A stretch of DNA of 64,000 nucleotides, taken from contig AP026140.1 in the NCBI GenBank assembly GCA_030295235.1, positions 806,001 to 870,000 of the forward strand, in the 5' to 3' direction. Shown here piece after piece: positions 46,300 to 58,608 of this stretch (position 1 is the first letter of the stretch; each line of letters begins with the position of its first letter). The position numbers and the translations under genes are program-made. This DNA is from Fistulifera solaris (Eukaryota). Below the pieces are notes generated by a model. That model had not been told where the DNA came from, did no database searches, and worked only from the letters and a program-made list of their open reading frames with translations.

Positions 46300-47371
46300 A
46301 TGAGAACGTTGAGCAATTCTCTTGCTGTCCTGTTGCTCGCGTTGCTGGCGGTGCACTCATCGGCATTTGCTCCTCGCGTCACCGATCCGACGATTCGAAG
46401 TCTGAGTCAACAACAACAACAGTTATCTCCTTTAACATTGTATAATCAACCCAAGAAAAAACCGTACGATGAAAAATTAAGAAAGAAGTTACTCTCGGAA
46501 AGTATTGCACCGTGGCGAACGATTCGATTGTTCTTGTACGGATCGTTGGGGAGTGGAGCGGCAGTGGGGGTTTTATTCAATTGACGGGATTGTTGGCCGC
46601 ACTTTCGAAGGGTCAAACGGATATAGACATGAATACGGAGGTAAATATGTGTATAATGTATGAGATTATCTCGTTCGGTGACTCACTCAATAGAATTTCT
46701 TCCGACAGTATTTGAATCTCGGCATTGACTTTGGCGCAGTCGCGTTGTTTGCCTTTTTATTCAAATGGGATATTGATAAACAAGGCGAATTGAGTGAAAA
46801 AGTTGAACAAAAATTGGAACTCAAAAAATTACAAAAAGAAGTTTCGAAAGGGATGCGCGAACGGGAACAGCTCCTGGGGACGTTGCAGCTCCAAGTCCAA
46901 ATTTCGGCGAATGGCGACGTCCGACAAGCCAGTGTCCGAGAATTGCAAGCCGGAGCGCGTCAGCATGTCATTCTCGTGGCGGGTCCGAAAAAGGCTTGCA
47001 AAGATGCTTTGGTGGGAGCCAATTTGTTAAAGATGGATTTTGCCATGAGCAATGTACTCGTGGTGCCGTACGAGACCGATGTCGATGTGGCCGAGTTGCA
47101 ATCTCGACCGGATGGCAGTGGCTTTGGAGGTGATTCGACTTTGCCGATTTACGAGAGACAACCGTACGTGGCACGACCCACGGGGGACGGCTGGGATGAG
47201 TATGTCGCGGCGGAAATGGCGGATGCCGTGCAACAAAATGGAGAGAAAGCACGCGAAGAAGGCATTGCCGTGGTAGTGGCGAGCAATGGAAAAGTCGTTC
47301 GACGTGGTGTTGGAAAAGTACCGTGGCGTCAAATGGTGGAAGAACTGGACGAATCGGTCAAACCCAAATAG
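46300..47371 (+). CDS. DUF3493 / LOW PSII ACCUMULATION 1-like protein, plastid-targeted; 1 intron, frameshift at G-run 46566-46570
   Basis: Leader ...LAVHSSA-FAP. KLLSESIAPWRTIRLFLY is the DUF3493 block. C-terminal GKVVRRGVGKVPW...VEEL. Intron 46641-46708. Confidence 0.78.
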
Positions 47372-48263
47372 CTAGAACTTTTAGTAGAATATATGTGAAG
47401 AAGCGAAGCAGTATTGTCGCGTCAGAAATGCTAGCCGTGTTGATTTTATTTGTTGACGCTGTGATTTGAAGCGATTATTGTTTTGTTCTGAAACAGCGGC
47501 TGCATGACTGGCACACGCAGAGTTCTATCGCTGACAGGGCAACCTCTCACACCTCCTAAATATAGAAGTCCGTGTTGGTGAGAGCAATCGAAAGACAAGT
47601 AATGAATGTGCATCCATCTCACAGAGAAAAAAGAGCGGGTAAAAAATAAAGCTCTCTGATACATTTCGAGTGAAACATTGGACTTTAGATCACAAAACAG
47701 TGCATTGACTGCACTCTCGTGCAAACTACTTTACTTTAGCGCTGGTTGGAAAACTTTCTTCCCACTGAATTTGGGAGAAGGCCTAGTAATAGCGCCATAC
47801 AAAAGAGAGGTTCAAAAGATTTGAATCAAACGTACCCGCTTTTGACGACGAAGCTAGTACTCTTTCTTTAGGCAGAATATCTCGCCGAAAGAGCTTCCAA
47901 CTACCCGCGCTTCAGTTCGCGCTCAAAGAGAGCCATTTACCGCGCCGACATAGCAAGCTGCTATAGACCGCCAGCGCAAGCTATGACTGCATTTTCTAAT
48001 TTGGACGATCGATTGTTCAAAAGCATAGCAGCCACGAAAATTATAAGAAAAAAAAAACGAAACCAAGAGGCTTATTGTCTGTCTTCGACCGCCTAGCCGG
48101 GTTCCCTTCTTATAATAAGCGCAGATCTAAGGTTCTAGCTAGCTACCGGCTCACAGAATTGTCAGCTCTTGCATAAATTCACCCCCCTCTAAGGCAAGTT
48201 CATTAAATGCTATTCAAACATACGTCTATGCCGCGCTGAAATAGAATTGATTTCCATGGTTAT

Positions 48264-49551
48264 CTAGAAGAAACCGTATAAGACTATCCGAAAAATTGAA
48301 CCAAAGGTAAGATCCTGGGTAATGCATTTGCGAGATGATACGCAACTACTTACAAAGAATAAATGTCTCGTAACCGACCACCATCAAATGCCAGCGTAAA
48401 TCCAGACTCGCCGAAACTGCAGCGGGCTGAAAGATTCGTAGGACGAATAGGAGCAGGCCGTCGGCGAATGCCTGAGCCTTCCAAATCATTTTGCATTTGA
48501 TAGTGCCACTACCGTCACTACCGTATCGAATCCACACCGCCGTCGTGAACTTGTATAGGCAAAGAATGAGCAAATGAAGAGCTGCAAATTGGGACATGAA
48601 TTTATCACCAATATATAGTGGTGCTTGCAGACCTTGGTCGAAATCTTCCGGACTGCCCGGGGGAGGCGAATGTAGGAAAGCGTTGGTCCATTCCAAATAA
48701 ATATCGTCTCGGGGAATGAAACTTAGAACGAAACCCGGCAAAAAGAGATCACGTAGAGCGATGACAGCAACAGCGGTTGTTGAGATAAGAATCGTTCGAG
48801 AAACAATGTTGCTGGTCCATGAGTTTGGCGTTTTTCCTTCGGGCATGGCGACAGCGTGACCTTTCCGAATCGATTTGGAAAACAGTAAATATGCAGCGAT
48901 CGTGATACTCTCCAAGCCAAGTAGTGCGAGAAAAACCCGAGGCAACTCCGTCGCTCCGTTGGATGACAAAACATTCCAGTACACGGCATAAAATAGCCCA
49001 ATGGCAACATTTCCCACCAACGACACCATGAGTAACGGACGAAAATGACCACAGACCCACTGGGCCCCCGGGGGATGCAACAACAGCGGAATCAACTTTT
49101 GCAAATGAACGCCAACGGCCGCTGCGCCGGCCACTTTCCGTACAAAAAAGCCTCCCATATTGTTTTGATCGGTCGAAATTTTCATGACCGCACTAAATCC
49201 TCCTTGTGTAGATCTCCAACCTCGGGAATCATTGTACCAGTCGGTGGATTTGGTGAAGATCTGTGTGTGCGACGATGATGAGATCACAACGAGGCGGTTT
49301 TTTTTGTCAGAGAATGAGCACCAGCGAAAACGTCACTTACCAGCATAGCTTCATCCCAAGAACCACCGATATTCCTTCCCGTGGTTAAAAAAGTCTCTTA
49401 AGGCAAACACTAATAGTCCCAATGAGCAAATCAGTACGATTAAACACAAGGGAAGTGGGGGAAGATGATCGGATATGATCACGGTCGAGTCAGAATCACT
49501 ATTCACGGCAGGTTCCGCAGCTTTCTTCGATTCCTGTGTTGTAGCTCCCAT
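48264..49551 (-). CDS. Hypothetical multi-pass membrane protein; 2 introns, frameshift near 49387-49392
   Basis: The MGATTQES exon joins ORF 48346..49287 through an intron at about 49261-49340. A final GTAAGT...TAG intron leads to a short exon ending LYGFF* at 48264. Confidence 0.65.
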
Positions 49552-50340
49552 GGTCTTCTTTCGATACTGAGTCTGAAGGAATCTTGTGAAGTAACAAAAC
49601 AGAAAAATACTTCGGGTTTATGTTATTGATCGATCTATCAGTCGATCGGGTATCATTGCGTATGGCTGTCATTTTTTTCGAGCAATCAAATCACGTAATA
49701 TCCGGGTCTTGTCATTGTGCCATTCACGAGTCGTCAACTCAGTCCACAGTGTCCAGCCAGCTTTCATTCCACTGTTAGCGCGATAGACAGCGAACGGTTG
49801 ATGTTGTTCCAGCCGGCGAACGGAACACCGCCGTCTACACTGTGGAATTTCAGTAGAATCACTTCCGGCCAATGGAAGCCCTTCGTAATCCGTTTCACCG
49901 TTTAGAGAAAGGAATGGATGATGTCATTATCCCGTTTCTGAAACGACCACAATAACGTGCTATAGAACGCAGCTGATTAGTTTTTCAAAGTACAACGTGT
50001 CATGTTTCACTTACACTCCAAAGGATAGTTCCACAAACCAATGTGGCCACGTGGTCGATCGGCGGAGTTTGCTGGTCCACCGCAGTAGCTTTTCTACGGG
50101 ACTTCACGTTGGGCCAAGAACTCGTTGATTCATTCCTTCGTCACCACGGGAAAATACACGGCGGTTTCAAAATGCAAGAAGTGCAAATTCGCAAGCTGCA
50201 TGCTCCCATTGGGCTGCTGCTTTCTCGGAGGCTGAAAGTAGCAACAGCAAACCATCTTCTCTCTATTCCTCTTTTTCTCATAAATAATTCGACACGAATA
50301 ATCACCATCCTAGTCAACAACAAAACAACAACAAAAAACC

Positions 50341-51897
50341 ATGACAAAAACACCCACGGAAGAAGCGCACAATGAAGAAGGAGTTCGGATTCCTCCCAAT
50401 CTCATGAAGTCACTCCGGCGGAGTAAGGAAAGCATGGGCAGTGGGAGTTCCAGCGGTGGGAACAATTCGGAGGATTCAGCTCTTGTTAGTATAGGGAATC
50501 CGTTTGGTCTAAACTTTGATAGCGACAGCAATCATGCGGGACAAAACAGTGAGCAAAACAGTGAAGACGATGGGGAGACAAGGAACCGCCCGCCGGAGAC
50601 GTGTCGTCGAAACCTTCATCTCTCAAGCCTCCCCCCTTCCACGAGTCTCGTAGCGGAAGCCGCGAGTCTCAAAGCCATGGCGGCTTCGTCGTATCCGAGC
50701 ACCGAAACGGCCCGAGACGCCAACAATGAGCTCAAACGCAAAGCGCCCTCGGACGATGAAAGTGATGGCTACGATTCGGATGAAGAGCAAGGGGGCGTCA
50801 AGGCCAGCACTTCCTGTGCGAGCAGTGAAGGGAGTCGCAAAAGGGCAAAAAAGGGAAAGGCGACAATAAGCGGAAAGAACGCAATGCGCGGGAAAAGGAA
50901 CGCAGTTTTCGGATCGCGAAAAAAATCAACGAGCTTCGTGAATTATTGTCAACCGGAGGAGTCATTGTTCCAAAAGGAACAAAGAGTTCCGTGTTAACAG
51001 AAGCCGCTAGCTACATTCGTACCCTGCAGCAACATCAATATCGAGCCGAGATGTACGTGTTGGAATATTGTGTCTTGTGTAGTTTCCTTCCTTGTGTTCC
51101 GCTTCTCTCACGGTTTGTAATTCTCTACAGTGACCGACAACAATTAATTCAACAGATGCAGATGATTGGTGGTGGGGCCCACGGGCCCCAAGCCGCCGCA
51201 GCGATTCGCCAATTGGCCGCACAAAACGGTGTCTGGTCGTTGGGAAATTTCGGTGGAGTTCCCCCGAAGCCAGCGCCAGCAATGTACCCCACGGAGCCCA
51301 AGAGCTCCGATGCAGGTTTCCTCCAAGCGAATCAGCTGGAACCTTTGGATTATCGATTCTTTTCAATTCTTGTGGAATTGGAATGGTAAGTCTTATTTTC
51401 TTTGGCTAGAATTAGACACAAATGACGTGTCGCTAAACGTTGTCGAATGTTTCATACAGGCTATTGCTTCGATGGGTGGAGCTTTCATCGACTGCAACCA
51501 ACTCTTTACACAATTGACCGAATACACGAAGCAAGATCTTAGCTCTTTGACAATTTTCAACCTCACCGCCCGTCAGGACTTGCAAAAAGCATTTGATCAA
51601 ATAAGTCTGCTGATTTCGCCGCCCATGAAATCGTCGAAAGATTCTCCACCAACCAATGTGGTCGTGAGAGGATCCTTCAAGAATCGACCGGATCTCGGAC
51701 TCAGTGTATCTTTAGTAAAAGGTGACGATGGAATTGCGAAATGTTTTTGCGTCACTTTGATCAAGAACCCAACCACGCCGCACGAGTCCAACCCGGTTCC
51801 TGTTTCGTTTGAAGCGGTGCAAGCTCCCATTCTGCAAGCACCACCCAAAGATGGATCCTTAGGTCTAAATGGCGCACCTGCATTCACTTCGGGATAA
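50341..51897 (+). CDS. bHLH-PAS transcription factor (diatom type); 2 introns, frameshifts near 50855-50860 and 51360
   Basis: Reconstructed bHLH: KRKERNAREKERSFRIAKKINELRELL...KGTKSSVLTEAASYIRTLQ. PAS: DYRFFFNSCGIGMAIASMGGAFIDCNQLF..LTEYTKQDL..LTIFNL. Introns 51053-51130 and 51386-51459. Confidence 0.88.
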
Positions 51898-51984
51898 AAG
51901 CTATATTGTATTGTATGGTCGATGCGAGAACAAATATACATGATTTTTAAGGCCGCGTAGACGAATAACTGACTATGTTATAAA

Positions 51985-52524
51985 CTATATTCTATCCTCC
52001 ATTTCAAATTTCGACGGATTCATTCCAATGTGCATCATGAGTTGATCCAGTTTGTCATTAACTGCCAGACTCCGTTCGTTGATTTGCTCCGCGAGAATTG
52101 CTTGTGCCGCATCTCCTCGATCCTGGATTCGCTCTTTCATGCATTGCACCAACCAATCGGCCTTCTCATCATCACATCCCCAACCCGTCATGATCGTCCC
52201 TAAATTGGAATCAAAACACACGAAACAACAGCATGTATTCTTTTCCACCGTTCCCATTTCTCCGTACGGACGAATCGAAACTCGAGATCCGCAGAGGGTT
52301 CGGTCCCTGCGCATCGCTTCTTCCGCGTCCAAAATTAATGCTGCGGTAACATGATGAGCTTTTGGAATCAGATTCGAATCAGAAGGAAAATACTACTACG
52401 TACTGGTTTGCAAGGGACAAAAACCGCAGTGAACGAAAGGGCACGACAACACCCAACAACAAAGATGAATGGATGCATCAAATTCCTTTTTCTCCAAAGG
52501 GATTTTATCACTCCCTCTGGACAT
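51985..52524 (-). CDS. Small Cys-rich protein of unknown function; 1 intron
   Basis: ATG at 52524 gives MSRGSDKIPLEKKEFDASIHLCCWVLSCPFVHCGFCPLQT. Intron 52341-52403 joins it in frame to LILDAEEA...RPYGEMGTVEKNTCCCFVC... Confidence 0.7.
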
Positions 52525-52771
52525 CTGGCTTTCTAAAACAGCAGCGGAAATGAGTTCTCAATAGGTTTGAAAAGATAATAGAAATGATTATTCATAGATC
52601 TTGTCTATGAATGAATTATTAGCGCGTCGCAATAATATTTTTTCTTGTCGAATTCGTGACTGAAATGCACAGCTGGATCACTTATCACGAATTAAGGGGA
52701 TTTCCCTTCTGCTAAGTTGTCTAAAAGTAACAAGGAAATAGCTTATTATATAAATTTCGGTTTCAACCCTT

Positions 52772-53998
52772 TCATTGCATTTGTTGACAATACTGGATTG
52801 CCCTCGAGCATTTATGTAACGTCGTGACGAGTGCGGAAAGCTCCACACGTTTCACCTGTTCCGGGTCGAGCCCTCGGCCGGTGGGTCCCACTAAAATCTG
52901 CAGAGCCGTCGTGAGACCCAGAATCGATATTTTGCCGTGTAAACGACACTTGTTACATTGCACACAATTCGTAATGCGCAGCAGTTCTCTACTTCGCATC
53001 CGAGCTTCCCAGAGATTCTGACTCGAAGCACCATCTTGAGTAGCATGATCCTGTAGTCTCTTGGCTGCCAGAGATACCGAGGCGTCGTTCAGTAAAGGAG
53101 AATTGAAAATATCTCTCAGATCTTCACTAGCATCGGACTCAATATTTCCGTTGCTACAATCGCTCAGCAATCGCGCTTTGGCCCGGGACACCGCCGTGAG
53201 CAGCAACATGAAGCAAAAATACAAGTTCTCTATAGCTCGCGGCGTCTCCCCATTCGCACCGAGTCGTCGCGTAAATTCTTTTTTCAAATCCAGCTGAATG
53301 ACCTCGCCTTCGTCCATCTTTTCCTGGACACCCCGCAGTACTTGAGCCGAAATCATGGAATGAAGGCCCGAGACGGCCTTATTGAAATCCGCTTTCCAAT
53401 GCTCATCATCGTAATCATAGCCATCAAAACAAATGCGATTGTGTATAAACTTCCAAATTTCGGAGCCATCATATTCGGTGTACCCTTCGGGAAATGCTTC
53501 CAAATCGTAATAGTCATCGGAGGGCATATCCCAACGAGTCCATCCGTCTAAATCAAACGCATGCTCCTGACGATCAACCTCTCGTATGCGTGAAGAGACC
53601 TACAAAGAGAAAAAGAAAAGTGAACGAGTGGATGTTGCAAAACACGGATACCCCCCTGTTTCGCGTACCTCTTCTTCCTCGGCGGGATAAATTTCACAAC
53701 TTTCGGTATAACATTCGAACAGTTCTTGCGGCATGTACTCGCAACTGGCTAGAATATCCACGCTAAAGAAACGAAACGAAGGTTTCTCTCGAAGACTTTC
53801 GAGTTTATGAAATAATTCCTCATTGGACGCATCGATTGCTTGCATTCCGGGCATTAAATACTCATTCGAAGATACCTTGGCGGACCATTTTTGCGTGGCC
53901 CTCGAGGAACACTTTGGTACTACAAATCCCCGTCCTACATCGAGAATCGTGAGCAACAGAAAAGCACCATTCGCGCTCAACAATGTTGTGTGAACCAT
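52772..53998 (-). CDS. ERO1: Ero1-like sulfhydryl oxidase; 1 intron
   Basis: Outer cysteines CEYMPQELFECYTESC (C-x9-C-x4-C), YYDL..FPEGYTEYDGSEIW, SGLHSMIS, IENLYF, and inner site CVQCNKCRLHGK. Intron 53600-53668. Confidence 0.85.
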
Positions 53999-54558
53999 GA
54001 TGTTGAGTACTTTGACGCGATGAGAGTAGCAAATTGTTGTGTATTAAAGAGCGAACGAAGTTTTTCAACGATTTAATGACCGCGATGAATGTAACGACGA
54101 AAGAAGCTTTTAGAAAAGTGGATGATGTATTCGCAACAATAATTACAGCTCAATCGACTTGCAACGCAACAACCAGAAGCGACGAGATGTCGTCGTCCGA
54201 TCTTTCGGAAAAAGATGGACCAAGAGATCGGCGAACATACGACGAACATTCCATGGAGTATCCTAGCGGTACCTCTTTCAATACAAAATGAAAGTGTTCG
54301 TTCGATCTATAATATTATTCTGTAGAAAACGTTTTCAACTCTTTTTGAAAATCGTAGTGGTTTTAGTTCTCAGAACAAAAAGGTACTACGATTACAATAT
54401 TCAGTACCGCTGTGAAAGTGAACAGCCCCACCGGCGTACGTCAAGAGCCAACAAAACGAAAAAAGCCGTGTGTCGCAACCGATTGCATGTTGGAGGCGAA
54501 TTAATACGACCGATCAACTCTTCCTTCATTTAAACCTGACTAGACACACAATAAAAGA

Positions 54559-55620
54559 ATGAGCTCCTACGTCGCAAGGGCATCGTTAGGGCTAGCGAGC
54601 GCGATGCGAAAAGTCGGGTACGTGTTGTCATTTGGTCAATGTTTTACGAGCTCCAAATTTCCCTTTGTCTAATTGACCTTTGCTTCACAATTTTGATCAT
54701 TTTCATTCTTTCATTCTGATTAATGAATCATCATCTCTTGTCATCAACGGTGGTTCGTTATTTGTATTATATTTTACAGATCGGCACTCGACGGTGCCGG
54801 AAAAGGCATCGAGATTACCAAATACACGGAAAAACTCGTCCCTTCGACGCGGTTTGTGGCCGTCGATGGGATTGGCCCGACTGTTTCGGCGGAATGTTTT
54901 GTTGCGCCATCCGCTTCGGTCATCGGGAATGTCAGTATTGGGAAAGGATCCAGGTACGCGAGAATAAATAATAAAATGCAGTATTGATACGAGCTCTTTC
55001 CCCTCACCTTGCAAATTGTGGTTGCAGTATTTGGTACGGAGCGACGATACGCGGTGATGTAAATGAAGTGACCATTGGTGATCGTACTAGTATCGGTGAC
55101 CGATCGGTCGTCCATGTTGCGAAAATTCAAGGTGACTTTCCCACTCACATTGGCAGTGGAGTCACCATCGGACCGGGAGCTTTGGTGCATGCGGCGACAC
55201 TGAAAGATGGCTGTGTCATCGGCGAAGCAGCACAAGTGATGGATGGTGCTGTTGTGGAAGAAAAAAGCCTACGTAGCCCCCGCTTCGGTGGTGACACCGG
55301 GAACCAAGATCCCCGCGGGTGAACTTTGGGCGGGTGCTCCGGCCAAGAAGGTACGAGCGTTAACGGAAGCCGAACTCAGCAGTGCTGCGGAAGCGGTCTT
55401 ACAGACTGCTATCTTGGCACAAGAACATGCGATTGAGAATGCCAAGGACTATAAGCAGATTCTGGAAGAAGCAGAGTTAGCTGATATTGCCGAGCATTTG
55501 GACGAATCTTCACCTCGTAAACCCATCAAAGACATCAACGACGTACTCGGACAAGGTCCACCCGGTCGTATCTTCCGTTCTACTTTGACACACCCTTACG
55601 AAGCGGGCAAGAAAAATTAA
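54559..55620 (+). CDS. Gamma-carbonic anhydrase-like protein (mitochondrial complex I type); 2 introns, frameshift at A-run 55261-55266
   Basis: FVAPSASVIGNV.IG, IWYGATIRGDVN, hexapeptide repeats, ELWAGAPAKKVRALT. Introns 54618-54779 and 54954-55027. Confidence 0.88.
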
Positions 55621-55938
55621 CATCACTTTGTAAAGATATAGTATGAAAGCATTTCAAATTTTTTTGAGCATCAGTCGATTCATTTCAAAATGAGATCTCA
55701 TGATCAGCCCGGACTTGACCAAACCACCATTCAACAAGCACCTTTCTCTCAACTATGGTAAGATTGCGACACACGCCACCAATGAATGTCAAGTATCGCG
55801 TGAATAATTGGTCAGTAACATTATTATGATTAGAGATCCGAAAGGAGATCTATCCTAAATCAGTCTATGCCTTTGACCGGCAATGTCTTTTTGTAATGAA
55901 AAAAGCAACAATCGACTTGTCGATAAAGGATGGCGCGT

Positions 55939-56405
55939 CTATTTGCGCAAGCCGAACTGATCTTTGTATTCCTCTCGCGCCGCTTTGAGCAATTCTGGAT
56001 CGACACGACCACTCTGCGGATCCGTTCCCAAGGGACGACGAAACAAAAGAATGTGGGGTTCCGGACTAAGAGAAAATCGAGAGGTTAGCTGGAGAATGTC
56101 CTTTTGTGCAAAAAAGATCACTGCGGAGACGTACCGATGAATCGCGTAATGTTGCCATCCACGACTTTGTTGCACGCCAATGCTTCTCCATTCCGATTCC
56201 GTCAGTAAGCGGCTTTTCGGCAATGTCTTGGCCAGCTCCTTGGGAAGAATCACATGCCTTCACGAAAAAACGCAAATGAAATTGTCAGCAATGCGATTCA
56301 GAAGAGACGACTTTTTGAAATATACGAAAAAAAATTTTCTTACCGATATTCGTTGACTTCGTCAGCATACTTTTCACTATATTCAATACGAGATGCGCTG
56401 CTCAT
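55939..56405 (-). CDS. CKS1: Cyclin-dependent kinase regulatory subunit CKS1/Suc1; 2 introns
   Basis: [21 protein letters not shown]...[36 protein letters not shown] after removing introns 56258-56343 and 56066-56134. Confidence 0.95.
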
Positions 56406-56697
56406 TCTAATGTTTGAATTGTTTGGACTACAACAGAGTTCTTGGGTCTCGAATGGATTGTCTCCACTTGATTTTTTTTCCTTATTCGTTGTTTGGGTGG
56501 GTCTCCAACGAGCGCCAAAACGCTCTTTTCAAACAGAAACACAAAAAGGTTTCGTGTTGACGAATCCGGGACGAGGTTTGCGCGCAACTCAACGACAATC
56601 CATAAGAAGACGTTTTACTTTATGTAAGTAGTCTGTTTCTTTTGTTTGGTCATTAAGTACAAAATGTCTAAATAGTTTTACTAAATGGCTTATTTTA

Positions 56698-56876
56698 CAC
56701 CCACTGTACGCACCCACTGTACGTAGTAGATCGATCGACAATTTTAGTACCGTTTTGTGATTAGTCGTGAGGGTCGTGAGTCGTGAGTTATGAGTTATGA
56801 CTAAGGTTTTAAGTTATGTTCAAGTTACAGTACCAGTACAAGTTACAAAAAAAAAATACAAGTTACAGTACAAGTC
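56698..56876. repeat. Cluster of short direct repeats
   Basis: CACCCACTGTACG x2 (56698-56723), TCGTGAG x3 followed by TTATGA x2, and CAAGTTACA x3. Confidence 0.7.
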
Positions 56877-57287
56877 GCCGAAGCGTTTCACGGAGCAGCG
56901 CAAGGCCTTTATCTTCAAGTGGACGTTTCCGATGAAAAAGAATGACCCCAGCTACACTACGAAAAATGGTACAGAACGTTCACTCCTCCTACTTCTTATT
57001 CAACAGTCACTTTGTGTTACGTTCTATGTATCTATTTATTTCTTTGTTTTTCGTAAGCGGCATTGATTGTTCGATATCTCTTGTTTCGCGGTTTGGCCTT
57101 TCGGTGTCTTGCTTCGGAGCATCTGGCGGTGACCTGAAAACACTGCTGGAAGCTGGAAGGACGCGTTGCCCTTTCATTCTTCCCGCCCCCATTTTCCTTC
57201 GGTTGCATGGATTAGCAGTTTTCCAGAGATACCTTGCTTTTAAATCACCATACGGCATTCTCTTTCGAACGTTGCGGTGGTGAAAGG

Positions 57288-58445
57288 ATGAAGACGACAC
57301 TCCTAGTCTTGATGGATTGGGCCCAAGAGGATTTACTGCGACCGGTGTTGATTTTGCTGTGTGCCATGCTGCTGTTCAATCTTCCCACTTTACTTTACAA
57401 AGCCCGTCTTTTCATACGGGCCATCTTGTATTTTATCGGCTGCTGGGATAAGTCGTGGAGTAAGCCGCAAGATCCTGGCTCCATTTTCGGGCCTCATTTA
57501 AGTCAAGGCCTTCCTGTCGAACGAAGAACGATTTACTTTGTTCGTCACGGAGAATCGACTTGGAATGATACTTTCAATAAAGGCAAACATCGTTCGACAG
57601 TGGCTTTTATTCTTGGATTTATTCCGGGTGTAATAAAGGCTCTTTTGCATGAGCTCTATCTGCTGTTGAGCGGCAAATTAGACAGGTAAGCGCTGTCATT
57701 GTAAGCTTTTTAAGGCTTGGCCCGTACTATTCTTCCTCATATTCACAATTTCATGTAATTCAGTTGGTTCTACGACGCTCCTCTGTCGCCACTTGGATTG
57801 TCACAAGTTGATGAACTCCGATCCTTTCTGTTGGATACCAAGAACTTAACCGGCACCGATGCCGAGCATCTCCAAATTCTGCGCGCCGATCCTGGTGCTC
57901 CACGGTCCACCCTTCTTTGCTCCAATTTGCGTCGTTCCATTTCCACATTGGTCGGAGGATTCTCCGAACGATTGACCCGTCGACCCGAAGACAAGATATT
58001 GGTGGTGACTGCTTTACAAGAAATCAGTCGCAATCCCGATACCTTGTCGATTACCCCGCCGCATTCACCCGTACACGCGTCCTGGATGGAGAAGAGGAGT
58101 TCCGTATGTGATTACTCCCGGTTGCTTGGCAGTCAAGTGGATGTGAGTTTGCATGTGGGAGACAAGCCCATCAATACGAACGGCTTGAAGCGGATGCTCG
58201 ACTTTTGTGAATTTGTGTTTTCTCCCTCCGTGAAAGATGAATACATCATTGTGGGAGGACATTCCATCTGGTTCCGTTCCTTTTTCAATATGTTTTTACC
58301 GTTCAGTGTTCATCATGTCGCCAAGAACAAGAAGATTGTGAATGGTGGAATTGTGACGTTTGATCTGTTGAAAGCTGAGACGAAACGCGGACCCAAATAT
58401 ATGGTCGATCCGAAAACGATCAAAGTCATTTACGGAGGATTCTAA
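57288..58445 (+). CDS. Histidine phosphatase (phosphoglycerate mutase-like) family, membrane-anchored; 1 intron
   Basis: IYFVRHGESTWN, DAPLSPLG, CSNLRRSIST, LQE, IIVGGHS. Intron 57686-57763. Confidence 0.85.
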
Positions 58446-58608
58446 GGGAAGACATTTCTCCATGTGTGCGTGTCCTAACTTGTGGAAACTAGGGGACTCG
58501 AGTATTCTCGAAAAGATGATGATAGAAGGGAAATATGCATATAAAGTTGCTTTTCTACTATTACTGCTTTATTGCCAATGCCAAGCCAATAGCAGCTCGC
58601 TACTCTAT

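Noticed and set aside
47457..47498. Possible C/D snoRNA (CGCTG...CTGA..CAGCG)
   Set aside because: Too short, with a poor C box and no recognisable rRNA guide.
54618..54779. Intron-encoded snoRNA in the unusually long (162-nt) gamma-CA intron
   Set aside because: No C box/D box pair or H/ACA hairpin structure is evident on the sense strand.
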